Shown: positions 48,826-60,815, counted from the whole stretch's first letter. The stretch is DNA of 63,586 bases, filler included, from Octopus bimaculoides (GCF_001194135.2; 4 parts of 4 records of this genome joined end to end with filler, not necessarily neighbours in it); one strand, 5' to 3'. Numbers and translations: made by a program. The notes: generated by a model not told the origin, from the letters alone.

Positions 48826-49617
48826 AATCACCTTAATTATGATTGTAATAATAATGTTATTTATTGATAAAGCATTTTTGTCATAATTTTATAAATTAAG
48901 AATTAATATCTACAATTCTTTCATTTTAAGTTATGTTTCAAACACCAATAATGTAAAAATTACTTATTCCACAATACTCACCCCAAATTTGTGATTATTC
49001 TCAAAATTCACTGAAGCAGAAATTCTTGTCACAAAAAGACAACAGTTTTTGGTTTATCTTGTTTTTTTGTTTTAGTGTCCCTACTTTTCTTTCATTGATA
49101 TCAATTTAGTCTTGTTTAATTAACTTTTTTTATAATTTTCAAGTGTTTTATCCTTTTTAATACCAACTAACCAGCATCCAACCCTTAGTTCTACAAGGTA
49201 CACTTCCCTGTTTGAAATGGACTTTCTCTTAGAAAAGCTTCCTTACTTAAGGCATACATGTGTGTATGTGTGTGTGTGTGTGTAAGAAAAACAAAATTAC
49301 ATGTCCCTACCTACTCCAACTAAACCTGTCATCCAGGTTTGTAATCATGTTTTCCTTACCTGTACAAAAATTAACATTTCATGCTAATTTATGTTCCAAA
49401 CACCAGATTAATAATGACAAAGTTATTTCATGAAATTCTTTGTTATTCTCAAAATCAATTGAAACAGAAATTGTGCATTTTCTACAGAAATATGGTAACA
49501 AAAAGGTTTGCAGCTATTGCCTTCCATAACTGTAAGATTTCATTTACTTTGGTCCAGGTTAAAATAACTTTATTCTGAACCTTAAAACATTGGAGCTGAA
49601 GAAAACATGAATGGATT

Positions 49618-50508
49618 GAAGAAGAAGAAGAAGAAGAAGAAGAAGAAGAAGAAGAAGAAGAAGAAGAAGAAGAAGAAGAAGAAGAAAAAGAAGAAGAAGA
49701 AGAAGAAGAAGAAGAAGAAGAAGAAGAANNNNNNNNNNGAAGAAGAAGAAGAAGAAGAAGAAGAAGAAGAAGAAGAAGGAAGAAAAAGAAGAAGAAGAAG
49801 AAGAAGAAGAAGAAGAAGAAGGAAGAAAAAGAAGAAGAAGGAAGAAAAAGAAGAAAAAGAAGAAGAAGAAGAAAGAAAGAAGAAGAAGGAAGAAAAAGAA
49901 GAAAAAGAAGAAGAAGAAAGAAAGAAGAAGAAGAAGAAGAAGAAGTAGGAAGAAAAAGAAGAAGAAGAAGAAGAAGAAGTAGAAGAAGAAGAAGAAGAAG
50001 AAGAAGAAGAAGGAAGAAAAAGAAGAAGGAAGAAAAAGAAGAAGAAGAAGAAGAAGAAGAAGAAGAAGAAAGAAGAAGAAGAAGAAGAAGGAAGAAAAAG
50101 AAGAAGAAGGAAGAAGAAGAAGAAGAAGAAGAAGAAGAAGGAAGAAAAAGAAGAAGGAAGAAAAAGAAGAAGAAGAAGAAGAAGAAGAAGAAGAAGAAGA
50201 AAGAAGAAGAAGAAGAAGGAAGAAAAAGAAGAAGAAGGAAGAAGAAGAAGAAGAAGAAGAAGAAGAAGAAGAAGAAGAAGGAAGAAAAAGAAGAAGAAGG
50301 AAGAAAAAGAAGAAGAAGAAGAAGAAGAAGAAGGAAGAAGAAAAAGAAGAAGAAGGAAGAAAAAGAAGAAGAAGAAGAAGGAAAAGAAGAAGAAGAAGAA
50401 GAAAGAAGAAGAAGAAGAGAGAAGAAGGAAGAAGAAGAAGGAAGAATAGGAGAAGAAGAAGAAGAAGAAGAAGAAGAAGAGAAAAAGCAGAAGAAGAAGA
50501 AAGGAGAA
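49618..50508 (+). repeat. ~890-bp (GAA)n-based homopurine tract with recurrent GGAAGAAAAAGAA interruptions
   Basis: Direct reading; only a handful of pyrimidines; 10-N gap at 49729-49738. Confidence 0.95.
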
Positions 50509-50559
50509 TTGAAGTGGGGGGAACTTCCTTAAATGCCTCTGGGTATTTTTAGTTATGTT

Positions 50560-51060
50560 GCTAGTTTGTGGTGGAGGGAGGGAGGTTAGAGAGGAGGAGG
50601 GATGAGATAATGAAAAGAGGAAAGATGGGGGGAGATTTGTATGAGTTGGGTGAGGGTGAAGTAAGGGTGGTCACAGTATGTTTACTTCAGGAACCAGGTG
50701 TAGAGACCAGAACGATGGTAGTGGTGGTGGTGGTAGTAAAGATTATGGTGGGGAGGTTGATAGTTGTGGTCCTCACTGTGATGGTAATGGCATTGGTGAT
50801 GTTGTTTTTGTTGCTGATGGTGATGATGGTGGTGTTAGTGGTATGGTGGTGGAAGTGGTGGAGGGTGTGGTGGTATCGATGGTAATTGTGTTGTTTGTTG
50901 TTATTGTTTGTTGTTTGTGTTAGTGGATATATTAGTGATGATGGCGGTGGTTGTGGTGGTGATGATAATGATGGCAGTAGTGGTGGAAGTGGTAGAAGTG
51001 GTGGAAAGACAGAGCACAGAGGTGGTGTGTGGGTTGGTACTTGCAGCATAGTGGTGGGGA
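50560..51060. repeat. Degenerate (GGT/GAT/GTT)n low-complexity G-rich region
   Basis: Direct reading. Confidence 0.75.
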
Positions 51061-51544
51061 GAGGGGACATTTGCCATTAATCAGATGGCATTTTTTTTTG
51101 TTTTGTAAGTTTTTCTCCTGAGGTCTGGAATATTTGCCTGTAATGCTATCACTATCTCAGTTATGTGAGGAGCAGCCTGGTGTGTGTGTGTGTGTGGTAA
51201 TTAGACAGGGTGGTGTCAGCCAAGGGGCTTGCCAAGGGACCTGTCACTATCTAATTAAATAATAAAAAGAATATACTGGATTACAGAGTATAGAGTTCTG
51301 AGTTGAAATGGTGGATATAGTTGGGTGTGTATGTTTGTGTGTATAACAGTAATATGCCTAATATGTGTGTGTGTGTGTGTGTGTACATATAAACGGAAAC
51401 ACATACACATGCACCTATGTGTGTGTGTTTAGCTGTATTTTATGTAATATTGATGAAGACAACCTCATCATCATCATCATCATCATCATCGTCATTATTG
51501 TCATTGTTATCATTATTTATGTGACCATTCCATTTTCTCTACAA

Positions 51545-52500
51545 TTTGGATGAATCCCCTCCAAGACAATATCCTGCCACTTGTTGCATTCTCTTTTGAG
51601 AGGTTCATCATCTTGAAATCAGTTCTCACCATTTCTGTTCATGTCTTTTTTGGTTTTCCTTTTGTATGGGATCTTTCTACTGGAATCTTCTGGCTCTTCC
51701 TCACCCCCTAGTCACCTTTCCTATGTCCATAATGACTTGAAATTCCTCCCTTGCACACTACAACTTATTCCCAGTTTCTCATCTCTCATTCATCATCCAC
51801 ACACTTTGACATTACACATCCAGTGAACCAGCCTCTCCTTATTTCTTTCCACACTATCTATATCCCCTGCATACACTATGTCTCACTACCATACAACACT
51901 TCAGTTGGTACACATGCATTGTACAATCTACTCTTCATTTATCCCCAGAACATTTTCCCTCCTTAGTCTAATTCTGACCTCTTTGTATTCTGTATACCTT
52001 TTCCCATCACTGATTAGGACATTTAGGTCACTGGTTCTCTGAGGGTCACCTTGTGCATTTACGACAGGCAAAGTCTCAATTCAGTACCAACCTACCTTTG
52101 TTTCCACAACACCTCTTCTGCAGACATAAATTACATAGAATATACTTTATAGAATTTTTCTCCATTCCTTTTCTGCAAATTGAGCACAGTCATTTCCTTG
52201 ATGGTACCAGTTTTGTCTTCTAATAAAACTTTAATCCTTGCTAAGTTTATTCCGAAGCCACTTTGGTTTAAATATTCTTTCCATTTCTGGAATTTTTAAT
52301 CTAAATCATCCAATGTCTCTGTTACAAGCACTTGGTTATCAGTACAGAAAAGCTCCTATGAGCAGCTAGTCTTAAACAACTCTGTTATGGTCTAGAGGAC
52401 TATAATAAATTGCAGGGTGCTAAGAAGCAAGCTCTAATGGACACCTACTTACAATTCCACTTTCTACTCACACTAAAAACATTAATATTTATTCGGGATA
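51545..52500 (-). mobile_element. Decayed RTE-type LINE, 3' half
   Basis: Minus strand FIIVL*TITELFKTSCS*ELF.TDNQVL (degraded ELLYADD), GINLARIKVL, Cys-rich segment, SRLYNACV..EVLYGSET. Confidence 0.72.
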
Positions 52501-52917
52501 TTGTACTTAGTACAAAAATGCTAACCATTGTATGGGGAGTAGTTTTGGAAGAATAGTTTTGCTATCATTTATAATCACAATCTAGTTCGTTGAAAGTATC
52601 TCCACAAAAGTTTTTAAAGAAGTTGTGTAATTCTGTCACCAAACCGTATATAGGCCCTCATCCTGTGCCGCTTATGGTAACTCACTTTGCATCTCTTTTT
52701 TTATTTTCTCTCCCCACCGTCCATATCAACAAACCAACCATCATTCACAGCAGCTATTATTATGTATTAGAAATATTGCATTTCTAAATCTCTCAGTGAG
52801 ACTTATACAGTAGCAGCATAACTTATAGAATTTCAAGTGAAATAAATTCACTGATTTACAAAATTAGAAATATTTTCAACAGTGAATAAGCATCAACAGT
52901 TAGCAAAGCCAAGCTAC

Positions 52918-52960
52918 TCCAGACTGATGAAGGGCAACTACCCCGAAACTAGTCTCTGGA
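52918..52960 (+). ncRNA. Minimal type I hammerhead ribozyme motif, canonical core
   Basis: UCCAGA-CUGAUGA-A-GGG(CAACUAC)CCC-GAAA-CUAG-UC-UCUGGA; stem I extends (CAAAGCCA 52904-52911 with UGGCUUUG 52964-52971); palindromic stem III ACUAGU; predicted cleavage after GUC at 52954. Confidence 0.85.
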
Positions 52961-53484
52961 TGCTGGCTTTGTTGGGTGGAGGTGCTTATCTCCCCTGCTT
53001 GAAAACCTAAGGACACAGAACACTTGTGTCACATAACCAACTGCAAATTATGTTTCCTAGGGCTAAATAGCAGTAGCATTCTTCCCTTTCCTGGGACTGC
53101 CACATTAAGTTGGCAACAAACCATCACTTTATTATAATATAGAAATTGTAAAAAACAATATATTTCATGCAACCAGGGTTGAGCATAAGGTTGATGAGGT
53201 CCAGGTGAACCAGTTGGCCTAGACCTAATAAATAGAGGAACCCTTCACCTACCAGTTAGAGGAAATAGTAGAACCTTTGATAAAGAATTAACATTTTCTT
53301 ATGGATCATTCTTGTTCCTTTATGCTGCTCTTTTAAATGTGAACACTACATATCAAATATTTACATTAAATGTACATGTAGAGAGATGTAAGACATGTGT
53401 AAATCATATGTATTTAGTTCTAACATATTTAATGACTGATTAGAAATAAATCTTTATTCTGTTCACAGCCTGGACCTATGACAG

Positions 53485-53665
53485 CTGAAATGAGGCTTAT
53501 ATTTCACACTATGCCGGGGCCTATTACTCGCTGAAGAGGGGCTTGCATTTCACATCTGGTTAGGGCCTTTTAAAGTAGAAATGGGGCCTATATTTCAAAC
53601 CTTGTCTGAGCCTGTTACCATTGGAAACAGCACTTATATTTCACATCTGGTCAAGGCTTATTTTC
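53485..53665. repeat. Degenerate 45-46-bp tandem repeat x4
   Basis: ATTTCA(C/A) anchors at 53501, 53547, 53592 and 53638, each with flanking GG(C/G)CT motifs. Confidence 0.65.
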
Positions 53666-54564
53666 AGCTTTACACATATTACTCATATTATATTTGGTAT
53701 GACTCACCCTGTTACACACAATATTACATGTCATACAACACATAGAGTTACTCATATTACACATGGTATTACTCATTAATATTATACATAATACCTGTGA
53801 TGTTACACGTGATGCATCTCTTATTACTTGTAAACTTACTAATGATACAGATATAAGAAATGGTAAAGAACAAAACAAAAAAACTCTAAAATCATTAAAA
53901 TAGCATGAAAAGAGATAAGGGAAGATGTTAATGGAAGTTTTATCCGTATATTAAGAAGTTAATTGAAGGTCTTAGAGAAACTAAGAATAAACTTTGCTAT
54001 CTGAAACTATCTGTATCTTTTACTGTTCCTTTTCTTCTTTCTTTCTTTTTTTTTTTCAATTAATGCAACAGAAAGGGAGAATTTGGCAACCATTCTAGCT
54101 ATCCCAAAGGTGAATACTGGAAGTAATTTTTTTTTTTTTTGCTTTGTAAATTAAGAACAGATGAAAATATTAAGATTAAATGGGTTTTTTTTTTTATGTA
54201 GGGGATTGGTTTTCATGCGGGATGGCTATTTATTTCAATGAAATAACTGACACTTACAATAGAATTATTTATATTTACACTGCTACAAGGGAAAGCAGCA
54301 AAAGAAAAGTGAAAATTAATTGCACAATTTTAGCTTTATTGTATTTTTATATTTTTTTTTGTGTCTGTGAGTCAACTGAAAATTAGGATTGAGCATTTCT
54401 TAATCTGTCCTCTTTTGTATAGAGATGTACCTCACAACTTCAAGTAAAGTGAATTACTGGCTAATTAAAACAAAATTAATCATGATAATGTGAAAGAATA
54501 TCATTGTTATCATTTCTGTTTGGATAACATTCCGCTCCAGACATTACTCACCTATGTTTCACTA

Positions 54565-54830
54565 TTAGTTAGACCATTGCCCTTGCATTCATTGGATCAT
54601 GGGTTCAATTTCTGTTGCATTCTTGAGTAAAGTAATTCATTTCCCATTGCTCCAGCTTGCTCAACAGTAATGTATATTTTGTACAGGTTTTTCTCTCTCC
54701 AGCTGTTGTCACATCCTGGATGATTGGATCAAGGGGAGTTGGGTTGAGGAGGTACCTGTGTCTGCACATGACTCCACTGACACTTAAAAACAATTAGCAA
54801 ATGCATGGTACTTGCTTGCAACCAAGTCAC
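54565..54830 (+). mobile_element. Degenerate core C SINE with a fourth tail type
   Basis: GGGTTCAATTTC, TTCTTGAGTAAAG...CATTGCTCCAG, then an unrelated tail. Confidence 0.55.
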
Positions 54831-55682
54831 ACCCGCTTATAAGTGACAGCTATATATATGCATGTAGCCGTCAGATGTACTTTGTCACAAAATCACTGTA
54901 GTAGCATATTGCTATAGTTATGTTTTTCCACAGAAATATCTACGTCACTTTTAATTCCATCTTATCAACAAATTTATTTTTTGTTTCATAAATTTGACAA
55001 TTTAATTCAAAGAACAATCTAACTATTTCTTACTGATGTCTTAAATAGCATTCTGCTACGTTCTCTTCCATTCTATAGATACATATTCTACTTTTATGGA
55101 ATATACAGTTATCATTGGAAACATTTTAAAATCAACAGATTATATTATTCCATGGTTCCATTTAGAATTGTAAGTTTCCCATTACAGAAGCTACATTTTA
55201 ATTTAATTCCATTTTAATCTAAAGATGCATTCTATATTCTATGTTTGGTAAGAAGCATTTACCAGCAATGTTAGTTGGCAGAGAGTCAGGATTTAACGTT
55301 TATTGAAATAGTGTTGACATTCAGTTCTTAGAATTATAAGCTACTTATTCTACCAAAATGCAGAAAATGGCATTTAATGGCTTTATGATCTGTTGTGGAA
55401 AACATAATGAGGAGTTTAATCTTTTAAGATATTCTCATTTCCCATTTGAATATTTCTTTACTTTAATATTGTCATACATACACTTTCTTTCATTGTCCTA
55501 TATATTTTTATACACCCTATCTATTATACATGGTTAGATATACATTAAGAGAAATGAATGAAAGGTTTCTCCACTCAAATTATGTCTCCTCCTCCTCCAT
55601 CCCTTTCGTCTTCTTGTTCTTCTTGCTCTTCTTGCCTTTCCTCCCCCTCCTCCCCCACTGGCAAAATTTGAAATCACTATTG

Positions 55683-55691
55683 TCATCATCA

Positions 55692-55744
<53 letters not shown>

Positions 55745-55745
55745 T
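55683..55745. repeat. (TCA)n(TTA)n microsatellite
   Basis: Direct reading. Confidence 0.9.
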
Positions 55746-56439
55746 CTTTCCTCCTCCTCCTCTGCCCCTTTCTTCATCCCTTCCTTCAAACTCCTTGCAA
55801 AGCATCATGTTATCGCATACACGAAAGACAATTCGTACCACAACCTTAACATTACTTAACATGTTCTTCTCATTTTAACCTTTCAGGACCAACCAATCTT
55901 TGGGAAGAACATATGTCTACAGATATTCCAGTTGTGTTAAAGAGTGTCTCAGCTCTTTGAGCTCATTTTTTTTTTATATGCATCACTCTCTCTCCATGAC
56001 ATAATTACAAACTCATACCAATACGTTAATAATATTCTCAGTTATCAACTCTCACCAGTGCTGCTACTCTTTAAAATTCTAGTCTTTTTTTAGATGAATC
56101 TTTTTAATTCTCTCAAGAGATTTTGAAGGGATTATAAGATGCAATTCCATCAGAAACAACCAGAACAGAAAGCTAGACTGATGTTCCCTGAAGATCCAGC
56201 TCCAAATTCTGGCAGATAGGGACCACTAAAATTGGGGGAAATTTAAATGTTTACCCCTGAGAGACATCAAAATAAAACAGTATCACAGGGAATTGAACCC
56301 AGGGCATAAGAACTGGTTTATCATTTAACATTAACACATTCATTACCATATTTCTGTTGAAATCTACTGCCTTTGTTTCAATTAATGTTGAAAATAATGA
56401 AGCATTTCATAAAATAAGTTTGTCATTATTAAACTGGTG

Positions 56440-56650
56440 GTTAACTGGTAGAATTGTCAGCATGCTTTACAAAATGCTTAGCAGTATTTTGTACATCTTA
56501 GTGTTCTGAGTTCAAATTCCACCAAGGCTGACTTTGCCTTTCATCCTTTCAGGGGTTGATAAATTAAGTACCAGTGGAAGACTGGGGGGTCGATGTAATC
56601 AGCTAGTCCCCACCCCTCAAATTTCAGGCCTTGTGCCTACAGTAGAAATG
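56440..56650 (+). mobile_element. SINE family B inserted into an AT-rich dispersed repeat (56340-56900)
   Basis: GTTCTGAGTTCAAATTCC B-box; the flanks resemble 35085-35260. Confidence 0.72.
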
Positions 56651-57419
56651 ATCATTAAACTGATATTTTGTATGTAAATTAAAATGAAATTTTGATGGAA
56701 GAAGGTTTTAGAATTACTTTAAACATTTTGTTGCTATATTTCTATAAAAATGCCATTCTTTCACTCTATTAATTTCAAAAATAATGAAGAATTTAGTAAA
56801 ATAACTTTGTCATTATTTAGTTGGTGTTTGGAACATAAATTAACATGGAATTTTGATGGAAGAAGGTTTTAATTTAGATCTCTTTGAAAAGGGAAGTTTG
56901 TATCATGTCATTGGACTAGGTTGGTGCTAGGAGGGTTGGTATTAAAAGAGTCAAGTTAAACAACCATGAATACACACAATTACATTTCTGAGCCAAAAGA
57001 AAAGAAAACAAACCAATATATAAATAAGACAATAAATAAATATAAACCAATGCAAAAGAAACACAAAGCAAATAACATCTTTACCATATCATCTTCTGTG
57101 GTAACAATTTCATACTTCGTAACATTTATATAGATGATTAGTTCATTTTCCAACTTCAAAATATTCCAATGTAAAGACATAAACTGTAATGGCTCTCATT
57201 TTGGAACCTTATCAAGGAATATTTCCTTTCTTAATGACTAGATATGCTCAATAATATTGTCAATGTTCTCTCATTGTTTCTAAATCCATGGAAACTGGAG
57301 CCAGTTCGCTGCGACAATCCTTAGTCATTCTTTTTGATCAATAGAATTTTATAATCTTAATCAGGAATCTGACATTTATCCAGCGCTATCCATGAAAACT
57401 GCAACTGTTAAACAACTGA

Positions 57420-57554
57420 CTTCATGTATATATATATCTGTGTATAAATATATATATATATATACATACATATATATACATACACACATGTACACACACA
57501 GACATTCACACATACATACCCATATATGCATGCAGGTGTTTATATATATATATG

Positions 57555-57613
<59 letters not shown>

Positions 57614-57676
57614 ACATATATACATTCACACATATATATACATACATATATATATTATATATAAATATGTATATAA

Positions 57677-57716
<40 letters not shown>

Positions 57717-57722
57717 ATATAT

Positions 57723-57769
<47 letters not shown>

Positions 57770-57775
57770 TATATC
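57420..57775. repeat. Compound (TA)n/(TG)n/(CA)n microsatellite
   Basis: Direct reading. Confidence 0.9.
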
Positions 57776-58766
57776 ACATTTTGAATAGGTCAGTGAGGAT
57801 ATTAACTCCTTCAGTTATCACAGAATATTTAATATTTCACAAGGGAACAGCATGTGACAGAACTGGTAAGACAGTGCTAGACTGAATAGCTTATGGAATC
57901 TGGTTTTTTTTTTTTCCATTATCATTATTCATGCAGAGTTCAAATCCTCTGATCGTCCACTTTGCATTTAATTCTTCACACATCAACAAAATCAAGCCAT
58001 TGGACAAACACTGGAAGCTGGTTAAATCAACTTAACCCCTCCTCCTGCTGAGATATAGGGACCTGAAGCCAATGTGAGAGAGAGAGTGTTCCCATATGGT
58101 CACATGACCTTCAAAAAATAACAACCAAATTTACTTTAAATTATGTCTTATTGCCTTAAAAAGAAAGACGTTAGTATAGTTTTGGATTTATGAAGTCTAA
58201 CATAAACATGGATTAATTTTTATATAGTAATCTTCACAAAAAGGCAGGTTAGACTTGATGTAGTAACCCTGACAAAAAATGGTTAATCTAGGCATAGAGA
58301 TCCTAACAAAAATAAGTTCATTTAGTAAACCTAACAAAATGCTGGGTTGTCATGGCAGGAACTCTTCAATATTGATCATAAATTTCATTGAACAGTGCTG
58401 ACATATGGAAGACCTTGTACCAAATTTTCCCAATCAATATTTGATATTTACCAAATATTGATTCCTAGTATCAATATGGAAGCTATGTATTAGGGAGAGA
58501 GGAGACCGAGTTGATAAAATCAATGGATTTGTAAGTGATTCTATTATGCCTGGAAAAATGTAACTGTCAGCCAATAAATACCAGTTTAATTTTTACTCAC
58601 AGCATAAAGGAGTATAACTATATTCTAGAAGCTATATTGTCTGTGATTACATCCTACTCTGTTCCACTCATGGATTCTTACATCACAATGTCTTCTGAAA
58701 TTTACCATCTGTTACTTATATTGTTATTTGCAATATCGATAGATGGAAATAGAAAGAAGTTCATCA

Positions 58767-58805
<39 letters not shown>

Positions 58806-58942
58806 TTNNNNNNNNNNNNNNNNNNNNNNNNNNNNNNNNNNNNNNNNNNNNNNNNNNNNNNNNNNNNNTGAGATATTTCTCAACATACAAAACTATTAGT
58901 AGCACTTAAAGACATGTATTTTGCCCTTTAAATAAATAATGT

Positions 58943-59122
58943 ATCATCATCATCATCATCATCATCATCGATTAACGTCCGTTTTCCATGCTGGCATGGG
59001 TTGGACGGTTTGACTGAGGCCTGGTAAACCAGGAGCCTGCACCAGGCTCCAATCTGATCTGGCAAAGTTTCTACAGCTGAATGCCCTTCCTAATGCCAAC
59101 CACTCCAAGAGTGTAGTGGGTG

Positions 59123-59125
<3 letters not shown>
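58943..59125 (-). mobile_element. Family D retroposon 3' end
   Basis: (CAT)n then CGATTAACGTCCGTTTTCCATGCTGGCATGGG...GCCCTTCCTAATGCCAACCACTCC. Confidence 0.78.
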
Positions 59126-59175
<50 letters not shown>

Positions 59176-59184
59176 CATATATAG

Positions 59185-59350
59185 GTGCAAGCAGGGATGT
59201 GTGGCAAGAAGTGTCTTGCTTCCCAGCTACGCCATTCTGGGCTCTGTTCCACTGTGTGGTAACTTGGGAAAGTGTCTTGTACTATAGCTTTACGTTGACC
59301 AAAGTCCTGTCAGTAGATTTGGTAAATGGAAACTGAAAGAAACCTGCTTA

Positions 59351-59403
<53 letters not shown>

Positions 59404-59520
59404 TTTGTGTTTGTGTCTGTCTTCCAGCATCACTTGACAGCCAGTGTTGGTTTGTTTACATCCCTGTAACTTAATTGTTTGGCAAAAGAGACCAATAACA
59501 TAAGTACTAGGCTTAAAAAA
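59185..59520 (+). mobile_element. SINE family A copy, CpG-depleted
   Basis: Head, internal (TG)n, tail GGCAAAAGAGACCAATAACATAAGTACTAGGCTT. Confidence 0.75.
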
Positions 59521-59644
59521 ATAACCAATGGTGTAGCAGCATTAGGGTCAGCTGTTACAAAGGGATACCTTACTTAGATAGAAATAATTACAGAGATATG
59601 AAGTTGTTGGACCAGGTCCTAAAAATTACAGAGAGAGTTATAAG

Positions 59645-60301
59645 CTTAGAGACAGAATAAGATGACCATAACAGGAATTGAGGACCGGTTGCCCCTGGGA
59701 ACTACTATATGCTAACGATCTTACTCTTATAGTGGAATCAGTTACAAAATTAGAGAAGAAATTCCAGGTGTGGAAGCAAAACCCAGAATCAAAGGGTCTT
59801 AAGGTTAACTTAGCAAAAGCCAAGGTTCTAGTGAGCACCAAAACAAATAGGACCCTACCCATCTCATGCTAATTCCATATGGTGTATCTAGTGTAAGACA
59901 TGGACACACTGGAGGTGCAGTGGAATTGCAGGAAGGTTAATGGAGAAAGTAGTTTTTATGTGTGGAAGATGCACAGGTGCCATAAAGTCCAAGATCACAA
60001 GGAGAATTGATTTTCTACAATGCCCTGGAGGTTCCTTAGAAGTAGTAGATATATCTGTAACCTAGGTGATCTAATTAGCAGGGAAGGAGGATGTTCTGAA
60101 AGTGTAGTTGCTAGAATGATGATAGGATGGAGAAAGTTACAAAAGCTGTTACCTCTGTTGTCAGCAAAACATCTCTCTCTGTCTGTCTGTCAGTCTGTCT
60201 CTCTATCTGTCTCTGTTTCTCTCTATTTCTCACTCTCTGTTTCTCTCTCTCTGTTTTTCTCTCTGTTTCTCTCTCTCTATTTCTCACTCTGTTTCTTTCT
60301 T

Positions 60302-60332
<31 letters not shown>

Positions 60333-60680
60333 TTCGCACACACGCACACACACATGTGCACGTATGTACATCGTATGTACACCGAGTTAAAGGCAGATTG
60401 GATGATGCTTGAGCAGGTTCAGTAATGCTGAATGGTAGTGAGATGTGGGCCCTTAATGCAGAAGGTATGCAAGGACTAGCGAGTGACGAAGTTAGTATGC
60501 TCCACTGGACATTTAGTGTGCATGTATGACAAGGTGTAAATGTGTTGAGATAAAAGTTAGGCATAAGAGAAATCGGATGTTGTGTGCAAGAAAGAAGATA
60601 GCATTGGTTGGTCATGATGCATATGGATGAGGACAGCTGCACAAAGAAGTTCCGAGTGTTTAAAGTGGATGGAACTTGTA
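59645..60680 (+). mobile_element. Decayed RTE-type LINE 3' half, split by a (CT)n/(CA)n expansion (60170-60381)
   Basis: RTGCPWELLYAND (YADD site, 59708-59719), KGLKVNLAKAKVL, CNLGDLIS..GGCSESVVARMMIGWRK, RVKGRLDDA, GSEMWAL, RR*HWLVM. Confidence 0.88.
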
Positions 60681-60704
60681 GACAGAGGTATATCATACTT
60701 TAGC

Positions 60705-60815
60705 CTTTCAGCATCTGGCATACAGCTGGATGCCCTTCCTAACGCCAACCACGCTGTGAGTGTAGTGGATGCTTTTTATGTGCCACCAGCACAGCAGGAG
60801 CCAGCAAGGTAGCAC
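60705..60815 (-). mobile_element. Family D fragment
   Basis: CAGCTGGATGCCCTTCCTAACGCCAACCAC. Confidence 0.65.

Noticed and set aside
49607-49948. Lys/Glu/Arg-rich ORF
   Set aside because: Translation of the GAA tract
30287-58540. Candidate acceptor-led exons at about 30287, 34748, 55887 and 58490 as CEPT1 exon 2
   Set aside because: None translates to the expected WAY/YQ.LDA.DGKQARR motif
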